DNA from: Diadema antillarum
Taxonomy: Eukaryota
Reading direction: 5' to 3'
NCBI RefSeq assembly: GCF_040938485.1
Contig: NW_027272332.1
Span: 310,001 to 374,000, forward strand
DNA: 64,000 nucleotides
Below are positions 48,876 to 61,564 of the stretch, piece after piece. Numbering within the stretch: position 1 is the stretch's first letter; every line of letters begins with the position of its first letter. The notes under the pieces are model-generated. The model was not told the DNA's origin. It searched no databases and worked only from the letters and a program-made list of their open reading frames with translations. The position numbers were made by a program, and so were the translations under genes.

Positions 48876-49500
48876 AAAAACATGTGTATGTCTTTATCCT
48901 GCAAGGCTTATTCCAAAGCAAAGCAATTATTCTACGAATTTCTCTTTCCATGATGTTGGTTATTTTATACCGATCGCCTTTATCCAGATCCAGCATAGAT
49001 GGGAAAGGCATTTTGATAGGATATCACTGCCCTTTGTCATTTGTTGTTGTTGTTTTTTCCTTGTAAAGTCATTAAAGAGATAGGACAGTAATCGGTGGGC
49101 GGATCCAGGTGGGAGAGCACAGGGCGCGCGCCTCCCCTTTATATTTTGTTAAAACGAAAGAAATAAACAGAAATAAATGGGGGCATGCGCCCCCTTTGAT
49201 TTTGTAAAAGCGCCTCTCCTTAACGGAATTCCTGGATCCCTGCGATTAACAGAAAACATGAATAAAAAAACATGTATCTGTCTTTATCTTGCAAGACTTG
49301 ATAATATTTATATTCCGAGGCAAAGCAATCAATTCTTCTGTGTATTTCTCTTTCCATGACCTTGGTTATTTATACTTGTCGCCTTTTACCCAGATAGCCT
49401 ATTACTTGGTTTGGACTGGGAAAGTTATTTCAATAAGATGCCAGTGCCCTTTCTCATTTGTTGTTTTTTCTTGTAAAGTCATTAAAGATATAGGGATATA
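48876..49500 (+). repeat. Diverged direct repeat of about 220 bp flanking a MITE
   Basis: AAAACATG...GTCTTTATC.TGCAAG...TTTCTCTTTCCATGA...TTGTAAAGTCATTAAAGA occurs at about 48876 and about 49267. Confidence 0.75.
49093..49244. mobile_element. Third copy of the GGCGGATCCAGG MITE family
   Basis: GGCGGATCCAGG...TAACGGAATTCCTGGATCC, with the same internal A-rich and GCGCCCCC motifs as the other copies. Confidence 0.7.
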
Positions 49501-49844
49501 GGGCTTTGATGAGAAAGATAAAACAGCTTGACCTCAGGATGCTCGAGTGGCTGTGTCATGTCCTTTCTTTCCTGTGTGGAGTAAGCAACTTTCTGCGAGA
49601 ATTTCCGAGTTTCCCCTTAGCGCCCTCTTTTGGCGATACATGTATAATAACCCAGGAGGCATCTGGAAAGAAAATTTACTGATACTAGGCCATCGACGAC
49701 AGAAGAGGGTGAACCGAAACATGGAAACTTTCGTTGTAAGTCCATGACCAAAAGAAGGGCGGTCTTTGACAGAATAAAGGTCAGTTTCTCACTTTTCAGT
49801 CCATCCCGAATTTTCAGTTAATTGAAGGATTTTCAATTAGTTAA

Positions 49845-50455
49845 AGGGAAATTCCAGTGTGGTTAAAGGTTAGTCTGATTTTTTTTTTTAAGCACAACAA
49901 TGACACTTTGATTAAAATCGGCTGAAAAAAGTAAGGAAGTTATGGAATTTTGAAATCTCGCTATATTCTTTTTCGAAACAGTTCTTGAACAGTCAATATG
50001 AATATGCAAATAGTGAAGGGAATATTAACATGTCATCCCCTCACAACTTGCCATACACAGTAGTTTGTACATACAATTTTGAAATTTCCAGTTTTTAATG
50101 CAAACACAATAACTTTGCCCTAGTCTCAAATCTTGATTTTTTTATCTGACTGATCATTATTTGAAGTTATTCAGCCAGATAGGCTATATACTAGTATTTT
50201 ACACTATGATTTTAAAAAAATTAATTTTCATCACTTTTTTTTCACAATCAAAGAAACTTGTGAGGTGATGTCACCATCAGCTCACTCATTTGCATATTCA
50301 TACAACTGTACGAGAGTTGTTCTACAGAAGTAAGCGAAACTTCACAATTTCGTAACTTCCCTAATATTTATCCGATTCGATCAAATTTCCACAGTTGTAC
50401 TTGTTTTGTTTTACTCTGTTTTATCAGACTAACATAACTGGCCTGGAATTCCGCT
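49845..50455. mobile_element. TTAA-flanked MITE, third family
   Basis: TTAA|AGGGAAATTCCAG ... CTGGAATTCCGCT|TTAA. The internal CAGCTCACTCATTTGCATATT resembles a stretch of 30144-30772. Confidence 0.75.
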
Positions 50456-52551
50456 TTAACAGCAAGTATTACATCATACAGTAGATTAGATATTATACGT
50501 TTCACTCATTCGGCGCTGAATAGAGACATTTGGTGACATTTAACCTAAAGCTGTATTTAGACTTACTATCTAATGCAGAAAATTTGCCAACTGCGCAGGA
50601 GCAAATTATCGCGTGACTCACTGCTTGTGGTCCTCTATATTTTCAACTTTAAAATTTTCAACTTTATTTCAACTTTCAACTTTATTTTCATTTCCATTGA
50701 ATAAACAGGGAAAATTATATACAATGCATTATCAGAACATATTTGTAACAATTTCAAAGAAAACGTACATGGTATTGTGATCACGAGTAACAACATAAAT
50801 TCATTTTCTAAGGTACATATACACATGCATAATACAAGGATTGGAATGGAAATGGAGGGTCCCACTAAAAAGCAAAGCTTGTAGGGTATGGGACCCTCGG
50901 AAAATACATAAGAGAACAAATAATGACTTAATGAAACTACAAACATTACATGAAACATTGTATTTCTAATTATTTGTTTGTTGGAAATGAAATAAATCAA
51001 CTTGAACTTGAACTTGAAATAAAATCAAAGAAACCAATGTGAAGGACTCGGCAATGCTGACAATTTGTCTTGCCTAAGAATACATCCGCTGCTGGCAGCG
51101 GACATGAACCAGCGACCTCACGAATGGGGAAACCATTACAATGTTTATCTTCTAGGCCACAACGGCTTTTACAGACATTTAGAAGGGATACATGTATTAG
51201 TGCGCTTTAGATCTGCGACGCGAGCGCTAAGACGACGCTAAATAGGCCAAATATAGTGTTCTGCACATGCGCGGGACAGCTGTTTCCATTGTTCAACCCG
51301 AGAGGCTGCGTCACCTTAGCGTTCGCGTCGCTGATCTAAAGCTCACTAATGATCCACTTATGAAATCGCTTGATACTATTCAATTTATTTATTTTATTGC
51401 AAACAAACGGACAAATAAATACATAAAACAAATTGAGAAATTGGTAAAACACAATACAAAGCATAATTTCACAAATCGGTATAAGGTTTAACAATTTGTA
51501 AGAAATAATGTTTAGCACAACGTGAATCTTAAAGTGCATTACAAAGTAAATGTGCATATGAATATATCACAGTTGTAATAAGAGACACAATGCATACTTT
51601 GCAGTACAATGTTCTTTACGTTAATCCTAAATATGTGAAAATAATGGGTGAAAATACCTAAATGAAATTTGAAAACAATATAAAATTACATTTCATGACC
51701 CAAATGAGAACTGATTGTCTTCATAAAGATTGTATTTATTATTTATCATTATTATACATGTATCATAAGACTCGATACAGCATCAGCGAAACGCAGAGAA
51801 TACATAACCGTCATGCACAAATGGCGAGTTAATATGAATGTTGCTTCATAACACGAAATACAATACATTGCATATAATAAGCAGCATTCAACTATAAAAG
51901 CGTATGGCAACTCGTATGAACCATCTTAGCATTGGACTTTGCAGTTGTGTGTGGCATCCCCTGTCAACTCAACAAATGAGAAACGGTCAACAAAGTGTTG
52001 TTGAAATCTTAACAATGATACCGTACTTATCATTCACTCATAACACTTAGTATAGTTAGCCTTCACATGTAGCTTCAATAAGAAAACAATATTATCTGCA
52101 AATAACAGTGGTGTAACACGAGTGTGTTATGCGTGTAGATTTTTGAATGCACATGGGCATCCTTTACACATTGTTTTTTCATTTTTTTCATGACACATTT
52201 CCTTTCCTTTCCTTCTTATTTCATTTAGATGCTCAGAGTATCTAGATGAAATCCAATGGAAAACATCGATTCTGTCGAAGATGAAGAACATGATTAAAGT
52301 TCCTCTTTAGGATTATCATCAAGAAAGCAAATATATTACATTCACCTCTAATTATGATTATCTAATGAACGCTCTTATTGAGTCAGTGGTGGATCCGGGG
52401 GGGGGGGGGGGGGGGGCGCCAGAGGGGGTGCACCGGGAGCGCGCCCCCTCTTTATTTATTTTTTTGTTTGTTGCTAAAACAAAAGAAATAAAGAGTAAAA
52501 AAATGAGTGGAGGGATGCGTGCGCCCCCTTTAATTTTATATAGGTGCCTCC

Positions 52552-54369
52552 CAGTGGCGTACCGTGGGTCAAGACATTTGGGGGGGGGTACTTCGTGGAA
52601 AAGTATCTGGAGAATGGCATAACGATTGAATGCGAGCGAGCGAAGCGAGCGAGCTTGAAAATTTTGACATTTTACAATCCCCAAACTGCCGTTTGTAGCT
52701 ATATATTTTCGCTTTGGAAATTAAGGGGGGGGGGGCGCACCGGGCTGGCGATTACTGGCAACAACATCAGGAGAATGGCATAACGATTAAATGCGAGCGA
52801 GCGGAGCGAGCGAGCTTTAAAATTTTGATATTTTACAGTCCCCAAACTGTCGTTTGTAGGTATATCTTTTCGCTTTGGAAATTAAGGGGGTGCAACGGGC
52901 ACAACTGCTGGCAATTACTGGCAGCAACATCAGGAGAATGGCATAGCGATTAAATGCGAGCGAGCGAAGCGAGCGAGCTTGAAAATTTTGACATTTTACA
53001 GTCCCCAAACTGCCGTTTGTAGCTATATATTTTCGCTTTGGAAATTAAGGGGGGGGGGGCGCACTGGGCAAAACTACTGGCGATTACTGGCAACAACATC
53101 AGGAGAATGGCATAACGATTAAATGCGAGCGAGCGAAGCGAGCGAGCTTGAAAATGTTGACATTTTACAGTCCCCAAACTGCCGTTTGTAGCTATATATT
53201 TTCGCTTTGGAAATTAAGGGGGGGGGGGGGCGCACCGGACAAAACTGCTGGCGATTACTGGCAACAACATCAGGAGAATGGCATAGCGATTAAATGCGAG
53301 CGAGCTTCAAAATTTTGACATTTTATAGTCCCCAAACTGCCGTTTGTAGCTATATATTTTCGCTTTGGAAATTAAGGGGGGGGGGGGGGGCGCACCGGAC
53401 AAAACTGCTGGCGATTACTGGCAACAACATCAGGAGAATGGCATAACGATTAAATGCGAGCGAGCGGAGCGAGCGAGCTTGAAAATTTTGACATTTTACA
53501 GTCCCAAAACTGCCGTTTGTAGCTACATTTTTTCAATTGGAAATTAAGGGGGGCGCACCGGGCGCAACTGCTGGCAAATACTGGCAGCAACATCAAGAGA
53601 ATGGCATAACGATTAAATTGAAGCGAGCGAGGCGAGCGAGCTTGAAAATTTTGACATTTTACAGTACAAAAACTGCCGTTTGTAGCTATATTTTTTTCGC
53701 TTTGGAAATTAAGGGGGGGGGGCAGTGCGCCCCCTGGATCCGCTACTGTGGTAGTCAAGGATGTCGCTTTATGTTCATGATTGGAGAGGTATGACCAGCG
53801 AGGGGGCGTCGAAGTGACCAAGCGGGGGAAAGAAGTCCAAAATATGCACTTTAGAGCATCCCCTAATTGTTTGTGTTTGTGTGTGTGTGTTTTATATACA
53901 TGGAAAAATTAGGAAATAACCCAGTTCGAGTCTTATTATTGGCAATGCAAGGCATTTTGATGTAGACTAGTATGTAAAGCAACACTGCAAAATCAATGGT
54001 CTAATTGTGATATAACGAAACGTAAGGTACAAAGGTGTACATTTTACATCTATTATTACGCAACATTGCAGTGACTCTTTTTGCCGTTCGGATGTTCTGA
54101 GTACACTGCTCACATCCTGCTTCTATTCAGAATGCCAACCAGGAATCACGCTGAATCACAATCTTTTGTCTGCTCCGGGCTTTTTAAACAATGTTTTACA
54201 CTACATACCTCCTTAATTACGATTAAAAGAAGTCTTAGAAAAATATCTTACTTCTTGATCATCCTTTCATGTCCATTTTAAAAGCAGTTTACCCACCCTT
54301 GAATTACCTTTTTTTCTTCTTTTTTTTTAACCAGCGGATGGCCCCCCCCCCCCCGTAGTTACGCCACTG
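52552..54369. mobile_element. Non-autonomous hAT-type DNA transposon (1.8 kb) carrying an internal tandem array, nested in a MITE
   Basis: TIR CAGTGGCGTA (52552) / TACGCCACTG (54369). Perfect 8-bp TSD GTGCCTCC at 52544-52551 and 54370-54377. Confidence 0.85.
52609..53725 (+). repeat. Tandem array of about 7 units of 160-171 bp
   Basis: The GGAGAATGGCATA anchor or a close variant recurs at about 52609, 52770, 52933, 53102, 53273, 53433 and 53596. Each unit has GCGAGCGAGCGAAGCGAGCGAGC and a variable poly-G tract. Confidence 0.95.
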
Positions 54370-56433
54370 GTGCCTCCCCTTTACGGAATTCCTGGATCCG
54401 CCCCTCAGTCACTCTGAGAGTCACTCGGGAGGCGAGTGACTAGTATATCTTCTCAACGTACTTCCAATTCGAATGCATGCTGGTGTTCGACGTTAATACA
54501 GAAAACTATAGAGTAACAACATGGACTAGCACCGTAAGGGCTTTACCAAAACCCCTTGTGCGTCATTTAGAAGTGAATCACACTACTGAATAAATAAAAA
54601 AAAATACAATTGTTATTAATGTCCATCTGCTGACAGTACATGCATGTACTAGGTGTTACAAAAAACATTTCCCACTTTTGATTAGTTCAACAACTATATA
54701 GCAGATAACACAGGCATTGATATGAGCAATAGCTGAATAGTGTACAATTTTGTTGGAGGTAATTTGAAAATGTTAGCATCAGTTTCATTAAATTCAAGAT
54801 TTATTTTTAAGTTAGGTCTCAGATTTTGCTCTATTTTCAACCCTTTGTACAAAACTTTGACTTTGCACAGGGGTCAATTGGTGTGTATGGGAGTGTGTGG
54901 TTAACACCCAAACAATGAATCTGAACAATGGCCAGGGTTTGAATGCTCTATTACATATTCATGAGAAATTCCACTATCACAGCTAGTCTTTATTCATTCT
55001 GAAATTAAGTGTATGCAAGCACATGAAAACATGTGTTTATTTCTTTCATGCGCATGCATTTTACCCTTTACCGTGAATTCAGACCAGCAGTGCTCAGGGC
55101 AATTAATCATGAATTATTGATAAAGCATTCATATGCCTTGGAGCAAGAGTCCAGAAACCTAGTCAGCAGAGCTCTGGAAAGGGTATTCGTGGTATTCATG
55201 TCTGTTGTTCAGGATCATTGTAAGAACACACTCAGATACACATCATTGGTTCTTGTGCAAAGTTAAATTTTTTACAGAGGATTCAAATTTGTCCAAAATC
55301 TGGAACTTTGCTTTAAAATCAATCATGGATCTAACGAAGCTGATTCATGCTCTCATATTCAAATCACCTCCAACTAAATCGTACACTATTCAGCTATTAC
55401 TCGTATCAATGACAGTGTTATCTGATGTATAGTTTCCGAACTATTAAGGATCAAACGTGGGAATTTTTTGTTAGCACCTAGTATAAAAAGAGAAAAGACG
55501 AAGGACATTTTGAAATAGTATCAATACGACACATTGATACAGACATTATCGATAAGAGCACATATTATAGCAACCAAATCCGCACTGGTGTGCATTCTAT
55601 TGTGTAAATGAACGAGTCAATAACCTTGCATGTACTTTGTGCACGGTCTTGCCAGTTGCTTTGGATTTATAAAAAACTTCCCTTACCCTTGTAGCGAATA
55701 TGCAGTGTGAAATATTATGACTTGACGCAAAACAGAAAGACAGTCGAAAGGGGAGAGACAAAAGCACTCTAAGCAATGACGTCACGAACTTCATCTGAGC
55801 ACGGTGGTCTTCAGTTGACAAGGTAACTGACATTTAAACAGCATATAATTTAGGTTCGAATCCAGCCTAGAAATCTATATTAACATCTTTAAACAAGATA
55901 GTTTACCTCAATTGTCTCTCCTGAACATGAGTATGCCTGAGTATCAATCATGACAAGAATGTCTTAAAATAAAAAATGCTGGCATGAGGGTGCTTATATT
56001 CGTTGTTTAGGAAGACCATACCAATTATCATGATTATTATGATCTCATTCTCCAAGTGTCATGGGCTCGGCACACCAAGCACGGTAAGGGCAGTGGTCCG
56101 GTTATTTTGCTATGGTGCGCCAAAATGAACCATGTCTGGTTCTGTTTATAAAAAAAAAAATCAATAAGTCGGTACAAAATCACCCCAAATCTTATTCTCA
56201 TGTCAAAATCAAGTGCAATAAAGCAATTGAAGATTTATCTTGTAACAAAATTATTAGCGGGGAAGTGATACTGTAATAGAACCAGACATGGTTCCGTTTG
56301 GCGCACCACAACAAAAAACCTTGACTGTTGCCGTTACCGTGCTCGGTGTCCCGATGCCTTTATCATCATCATCATCATGATAAAACCGTCTTTGTCTTCG
56401 CGGAGCTGATGGGCAAACAAGGCAGCCAACGCC

Positions 56434-59400
56434 TCAGACGACTGTTCCAAGACCACTTCCAGATTCCACGGCCTTGGATGCCTTTCCCTTCTGGTATCTT
56501 TTGAGAGACACGAGAGCTACCGTTAAAAGAACCGTGACTGCACACATCCCGCCAACGATGCGGAAGACAACGTCAAGGGAGCCTGTGACGTCATAAAGCT
56601 TCCCTGTAAGATGGCGGAGATCAGGGGAGGCGGTTTGAAAGTTCGACTTTAAGTTTTCAGAACATCAAATTACTATATTGATTATACACTAATTCCAAAA
56701 AAAAAAAAAAAAACAGATTTACACACAGCTTAGATAAAAATTATCGCTGTAATGAAGCGCCATTTTTACATCCCGTTGTTTCTCTCTTCGTTATATTGGC
56801 AACGTGGGTGCACATGAAATTACGCATTGTATAACGACGAACAGGCACACTGCACATAATTATACATTCAGTCATTATTTATTGAGTTTCCACACAAATT
56901 GCGTGAGTGACCTACACCTAGAAATCACTGAATACTACTCTTTTTTTTTGGGGGGGGGGGGCAATTCAACGTTTACAGACTGAGCCTATTTCGTGATACA
57001 TTCTGGAGTACGACATATTCAAATTGGAAAATAAAAAAGAAAGTGCGGGGGAACCGACAGAAAGATAGATGCTTGTGGGGGTAAGTCCCCATTACAGAAG
57101 TCGCACACACTCATTCACACACACACTGAACACATGCAAGTACACCTGCACGAACATGTGTACACACACACACACACACACACTCAACGCACACAACAAA
57201 GACAAATAAAAGAGAAAGCACCAACAAAATCGTCATACGGACAACATTAAGTAGAAAATAATGTGGGTGCCTGCAGCTGGGAGAGGGAAGAAAGTATCAA
57301 TAAAAAGAAGTTGGGAGATAAGACTATGAGGTCGTGTTCAACAACATCATGCGTGCATATATTACATAATCTTATACACATGCCATCTACTTACCTGTAA
57401 CATATCCGGACACCACGACCCCGATTCCGGTTATGAAGAGTTTTGTGGAGAGCATTCCGGTGAAGTTTGCCTCCGAGACGTACGTCACAAGGACGGCGTA
57501 GGACGCAGCAAAGCCGGCGAATATACCGCCACCGGCAAAGAACGAACATGCGAGCAGATAGGCGAAGCTGGTGTGGGCGGGATATAGGCACATTGCTGCT
57601 GCAAGTGATATCATGTTAATGATAAATAGGGCCGCTCCCCAACGTTGCCTGTAGTGCAATATGACGGTGATAAGTCCTTGGAAGATGAACCCTCCAATGG
57701 ACCCAACAAGAGGTAGGTATGCTGCCTCCGGTTCCTCATAGCCCTTCGACATTCCGAATGATACAATGAAGAGGGTCCAACTCACCATGGCAACTTGCAG
57801 AATGACCTTACACGGCATGAAAAGAACAGTGAAGGCCCACTCCTGCACTAGCGCTCTTACGCCCAACTCTACCCACACAAAATGCCACCACCTCCCCCAC
57901 ATGGACAACGGAGGTTCAGTTTCACTGTTTCCAGGGGGATCAGAATCGGGAGGCGTCGGATGTTCTAAGGAACTCAGTTCCATCACATTGTCACTATCCT
58001 TGGACGGCAGACATGGTTCTTGTTCCTCTGTACTGCATTTTTGTGTGTCGCCTATAAAAGGCACCGGACAAGTTGCTTCTACAAAGTCAGATGGGGGTCG
58101 TAGTGTCATAGCTATAGGTACACAATTCAGAAACACGCCTCCGATACAAAGTAGGGCGCCCTCAAGTCCATACGACTCCAGCAAGGAAGAGGTGAGAACA
58201 GGGAATGCTATGCCTCCAACGAGGCATCCCATAAGGCACATAGAGTTTGCGTAGCCAAATCTTTCTCCGTAATACTGGTGTAAGACGACATGTGAGATCT
58301 GGTTGATGGGAGAACTGAGAAACCCTGTGGGTGATATAAAACACATATCATTCTTTATGATTTATACTATTTTCACGAAATATAACTACAATGTACTGAA
58401 TAAATCAGGAAACGTTTAACAATTCTGCGGAATATTTTTCACACACATAATAAAACTAAGATGTTGGTTCCATTTATTGCTTTTCAAATAGGCCCCTATA
58501 CGTTAAAGGACAAGTCCACCTTCATATACATAAGGATTGAGAGAATGCAGCAACATTAGTAGAACACATCAGTGAAAGTTTGAGGAAAATTGGACAATCC
58601 GTTCAAAAGTTACGAATATTTTAAGTATCTGCGCAGTCACTGCTGGAAGAGAAGACTACTACAGTGTATGATGTCACATGCGTACAACTATATAAGGAAA
58701 ATAAAAAGAGAATTTCACAAAACTTTACTTTTTGAATAAAGTGCACAGTTCTTCGACTTGCTACTGACGTATGTTAAGGGTAATATTATTCCAACTGCCT
58801 TCTGAAAGAGAGAAGGCGAGTGTTTTGTTTTAGGAGAAAAATGGAAACAGGGTATGTTGAATTTTCTTTATTCTTTCTTTATATCGTTGTACTCATGTGA
58901 CATCACAAGCTATATTAGTCTTTTCATCCAGCCGTGACAGAACAGAAACTTCAAAAATTCATAACTTTTTAACGGATTGTCCGATTTTGCTCAAACTCTC
59001 ACTGATGTGTTCTATTAATATTGCTACATTCACTCAACCTACATGTCTATGAAGGTGAACTTGTCCTTTAACAGCAACATCACCCACAGTGTACGATATC
59101 AAAACAAATCCATGTAATTGAGGAAATAATATTACCCAGAATATTATTTCGAAAACAGACGAAAAAGAGACGCTGTTATCATGGAGTAGCAAAGCTCCAT
59201 GCTGTGACATTTCATATACTTGCTAGCCATCGACTGCTATACATCAAAGAACATAGCACCTATTTACTAATGGTTGATAAACTGAAAGTTCATTGCGTTG
59301 ATTTAAAGGTCGGAATCTCCATACTCGTAGTTTTCTGATCAAGATGATGAAGTGGCAAATTATCTTACCTGTGAGGAACATTGCAACACCAAACCATAGC

Positions 59401-60226
59401 GTCGAGCTTAAATACCCTGACACCATGATCGCAACGGACGCACCCACGCTTCCCACAATGCACAGGGTTCTGGGGGGAATCTTCCGACTTGCGACGCTTG
59501 AAAGCGGACCTGGAAATTCAATGACAAACAGAATGTAACCATTATAGCAATTTGAAATGTATACCCATAACTACACCTCATTTGTCAGTTGATATTGAAC
59601 AATGATGAATCTTATGCCATTCTTAAGCTTGGGTAGGTCTCATCGTGCTCAAATCACATTACCTGAATAGCAATTCAGAAAAACCCAAATAAACAAAAAA
59701 GAGAGAGAGAGAGAAAAAGCACACCAACATAAACCAAACAGTAAAGCTTTGTGATTATAACTGGCAACCATTCTGTATGAAAATTAATATATGACGCAAC
59801 GCATAGATGTGATTATCTCACAGATGTATATAACGAAAAGTAACGAGATTACAATTCGTAAGAAATTTTGGAGGCATAGAAAGCAAGCATGTAGTCAAAA
59901 AATGGAACACCATGAAGAGTTCTATTTCCTGATATGAAATATCATAATGGTGACAGAAAATAAATATTATTGAGTACATACAGACACTTAAATAATACCA
60001 TATTTTGGCGTGAACTCATGTACTTACAGGCTAGGAAAAATACTGTCAGCTCCATTGCCAACATGAATCCGATAGTACCATAATCTGTGTCGAGTTTCTG
60101 GACCAAAGGAGGAACCAAAACTCCAAAGGCCTTCAGGAGGCCCTGGGTGAGGCAATCCAGGCAAAACTTTGCCCCCATCACGACATACTTCCATCTGTCT
60201 TGCGACTCTTTCACTTCAACGCCCAT
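56434..60226 (-). CDS. Major facilitator superfamily transporter, SLC16/monocarboxylate-transporter-like (479 aa)
   Basis: Exons 60226-60028, 59509-59369, 58324-57395, 56603-56434 (199/141/930/170 nt, all introns phase 1, GT-AG). About 12 hydrophobic segments and a hydrophilic central loop. MCT-type motifs: GLLKAFGVLVPPL, YYGERFGYANSMCLMG, GKLYDVTGS. Confidence 0.9.
58507..59067. mobile_element. Second copy of the same TTAA MITE, in transporter intron 2
   Basis: TTAA|AGGACAAGTCCACCTTC ... GAAGGTGAACTTGTCCT|TTAA, collinear with 42466-43024. Confidence 0.9.
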
Positions 60227-60524
60227 GGTGTGCGAATGCAAAGTTTCTTCTTAGGAAAAAAATATGGGCACAGCATTTATCTAGAGTATAGAGAAAACAA
60301 CAAAATTTGGTTGGAATTACTTATCAAAAACTATTAATCGATGTTACAAGACAAAGAAAAAAACATGTCGTAATCACACTACACCTTCATGTATTGTGGT
60401 TTCTTTCTTAAAAAGTACTGTTGATCACACGACGTTAAACTTGACTTTGAGAGATATGGACTGAACCGATCACAGGGAGTCACGTGGTAGAGGTCGGACC
60501 TAAAAAAAGTGGTTTATTGCCACT

Positions 60525-60910
60525 TAATTGGTCTACTATCCGATGGTCTACTTCCCAGTTCGTCAAATACCACTACGGCAACACTCATTTGGTATAGGCC
60601 CTACTCTCAATTTCGACTAATACCCATTTGTTCTAATCCTCACTTAGTCTAATGCCCAGTTTGGTTAATTATAGTTTCGTCTAAAACCAGATGGTCTAAT
60701 TGCAATTTTGTCTCCTTGGGATATTTTCCCTTTTGGTCTAATAAACTGTGGGTATTAGAGGAAATGGGCATAGCCAATCTGGAAGTAGACCAAGTGGCAA
60801 TTGGACTAAATGGTCATTACTAGTTGTAGACGAAACGGGATTAGACCATGTGGGTTGAGACTAAATGGCTATCGGACGAAGTAGGAGTAGACCAACTGAT
60901 AGATAACCAA
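60525..60910. repeat. Degenerate foldback element with about 20-bp modules
   Basis: GGTCTA/CGTCTA/AGTCTA modules occupy the left half, and the mirrored TAGACC/TAGACG/GACTAA modules occupy the right half. Confidence 0.6.
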
Positions 60911-61564
60911 AAAGAATTACGGGTTTTTTCCTTCATTAGAACTTAAAAATGTCTCGGTTTTACTGTTATGTATACCTACCTGTATCTGGAACGATTTGTA
61001 TGAGACCACCTCCATTCTGCTTTTTATCACCAGTCATTTATTAATGCCAACTTGAATATGCTGTGGAACTAAACTTTAACATGAGGGCCTTTTGTGATCA
61101 TGCTCAACTGTATCGAATCCTGAAAATCCAGTCATAATCAGAATATAGGTTCATCCCATATATATATGGGTCATTCCTCGCTAAGTGTATATTTCTGTGT
61201 CCCACCAGTTTAAAGAAAATATATACAAAAATAAAAGGTCATTTCATTACTTTCTGTTCCGTTTACGATGAGTTACTTTCATATGATTAAGATAACATAC
61301 AAAAAAGAGGGATGAATGGTTTATCTTGACCTATTATCTTAATTTTCCCGTATCCGTACCACTGAAAACCCAATGTCCCAGTGATACTACAAATAGATCC
61401 TTATATCGCATTTCAAGATGGAAGCGTGTTGAAACGTTTTTAAATGCTTATTTGTTTCATTTCAGAACGTACTATTTAGTTATTAGCATAAGATATACCA
61501 ATATCAAACGATTTAAGAAAAAAAATGAAATGAATAATTCAAAATTGTGTGCCCACCATTTTGC

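Larger units (their letters stand above)
52384..54406. mobile_element. CAGTGGCGGATCC-type MITE split by the hAT insertion (5' part 52384-52551, 3' part 54370-54406)
   Basis: Joining the two halves restores a sequence collinear with the intact copies at 36403-36568 and about 49093-49244, ending TTTACGGAATTCCTGGATCCGCCCC. Confidence 0.8.

Noticed and set aside
52609-53725. Regularly spaced repeats resembling a CRISPR array
   Set aside because: Whole 160-170 bp units repeat with no unique spacers, there are no cas genes, and the context is eukaryotic and bounded by transposon TIRs and a TSD.
55668-55830. TATA-like + TGACGTCA (CRE, 55777-55784) + CAAG|gtaact donor as a hidden plus-strand first exon
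   Set aside because: These short motifs are expected by chance at this scale, and no downstream exon supports them.
43900-56400. A fourth GST copy or another gene in the 12-kb gap
   Set aside because: I found no GST exon motifs or consistent spliced frame, only MITEs, LINE remnants and tandem repeats. A non-coding or highly diverged gene cannot be excluded.
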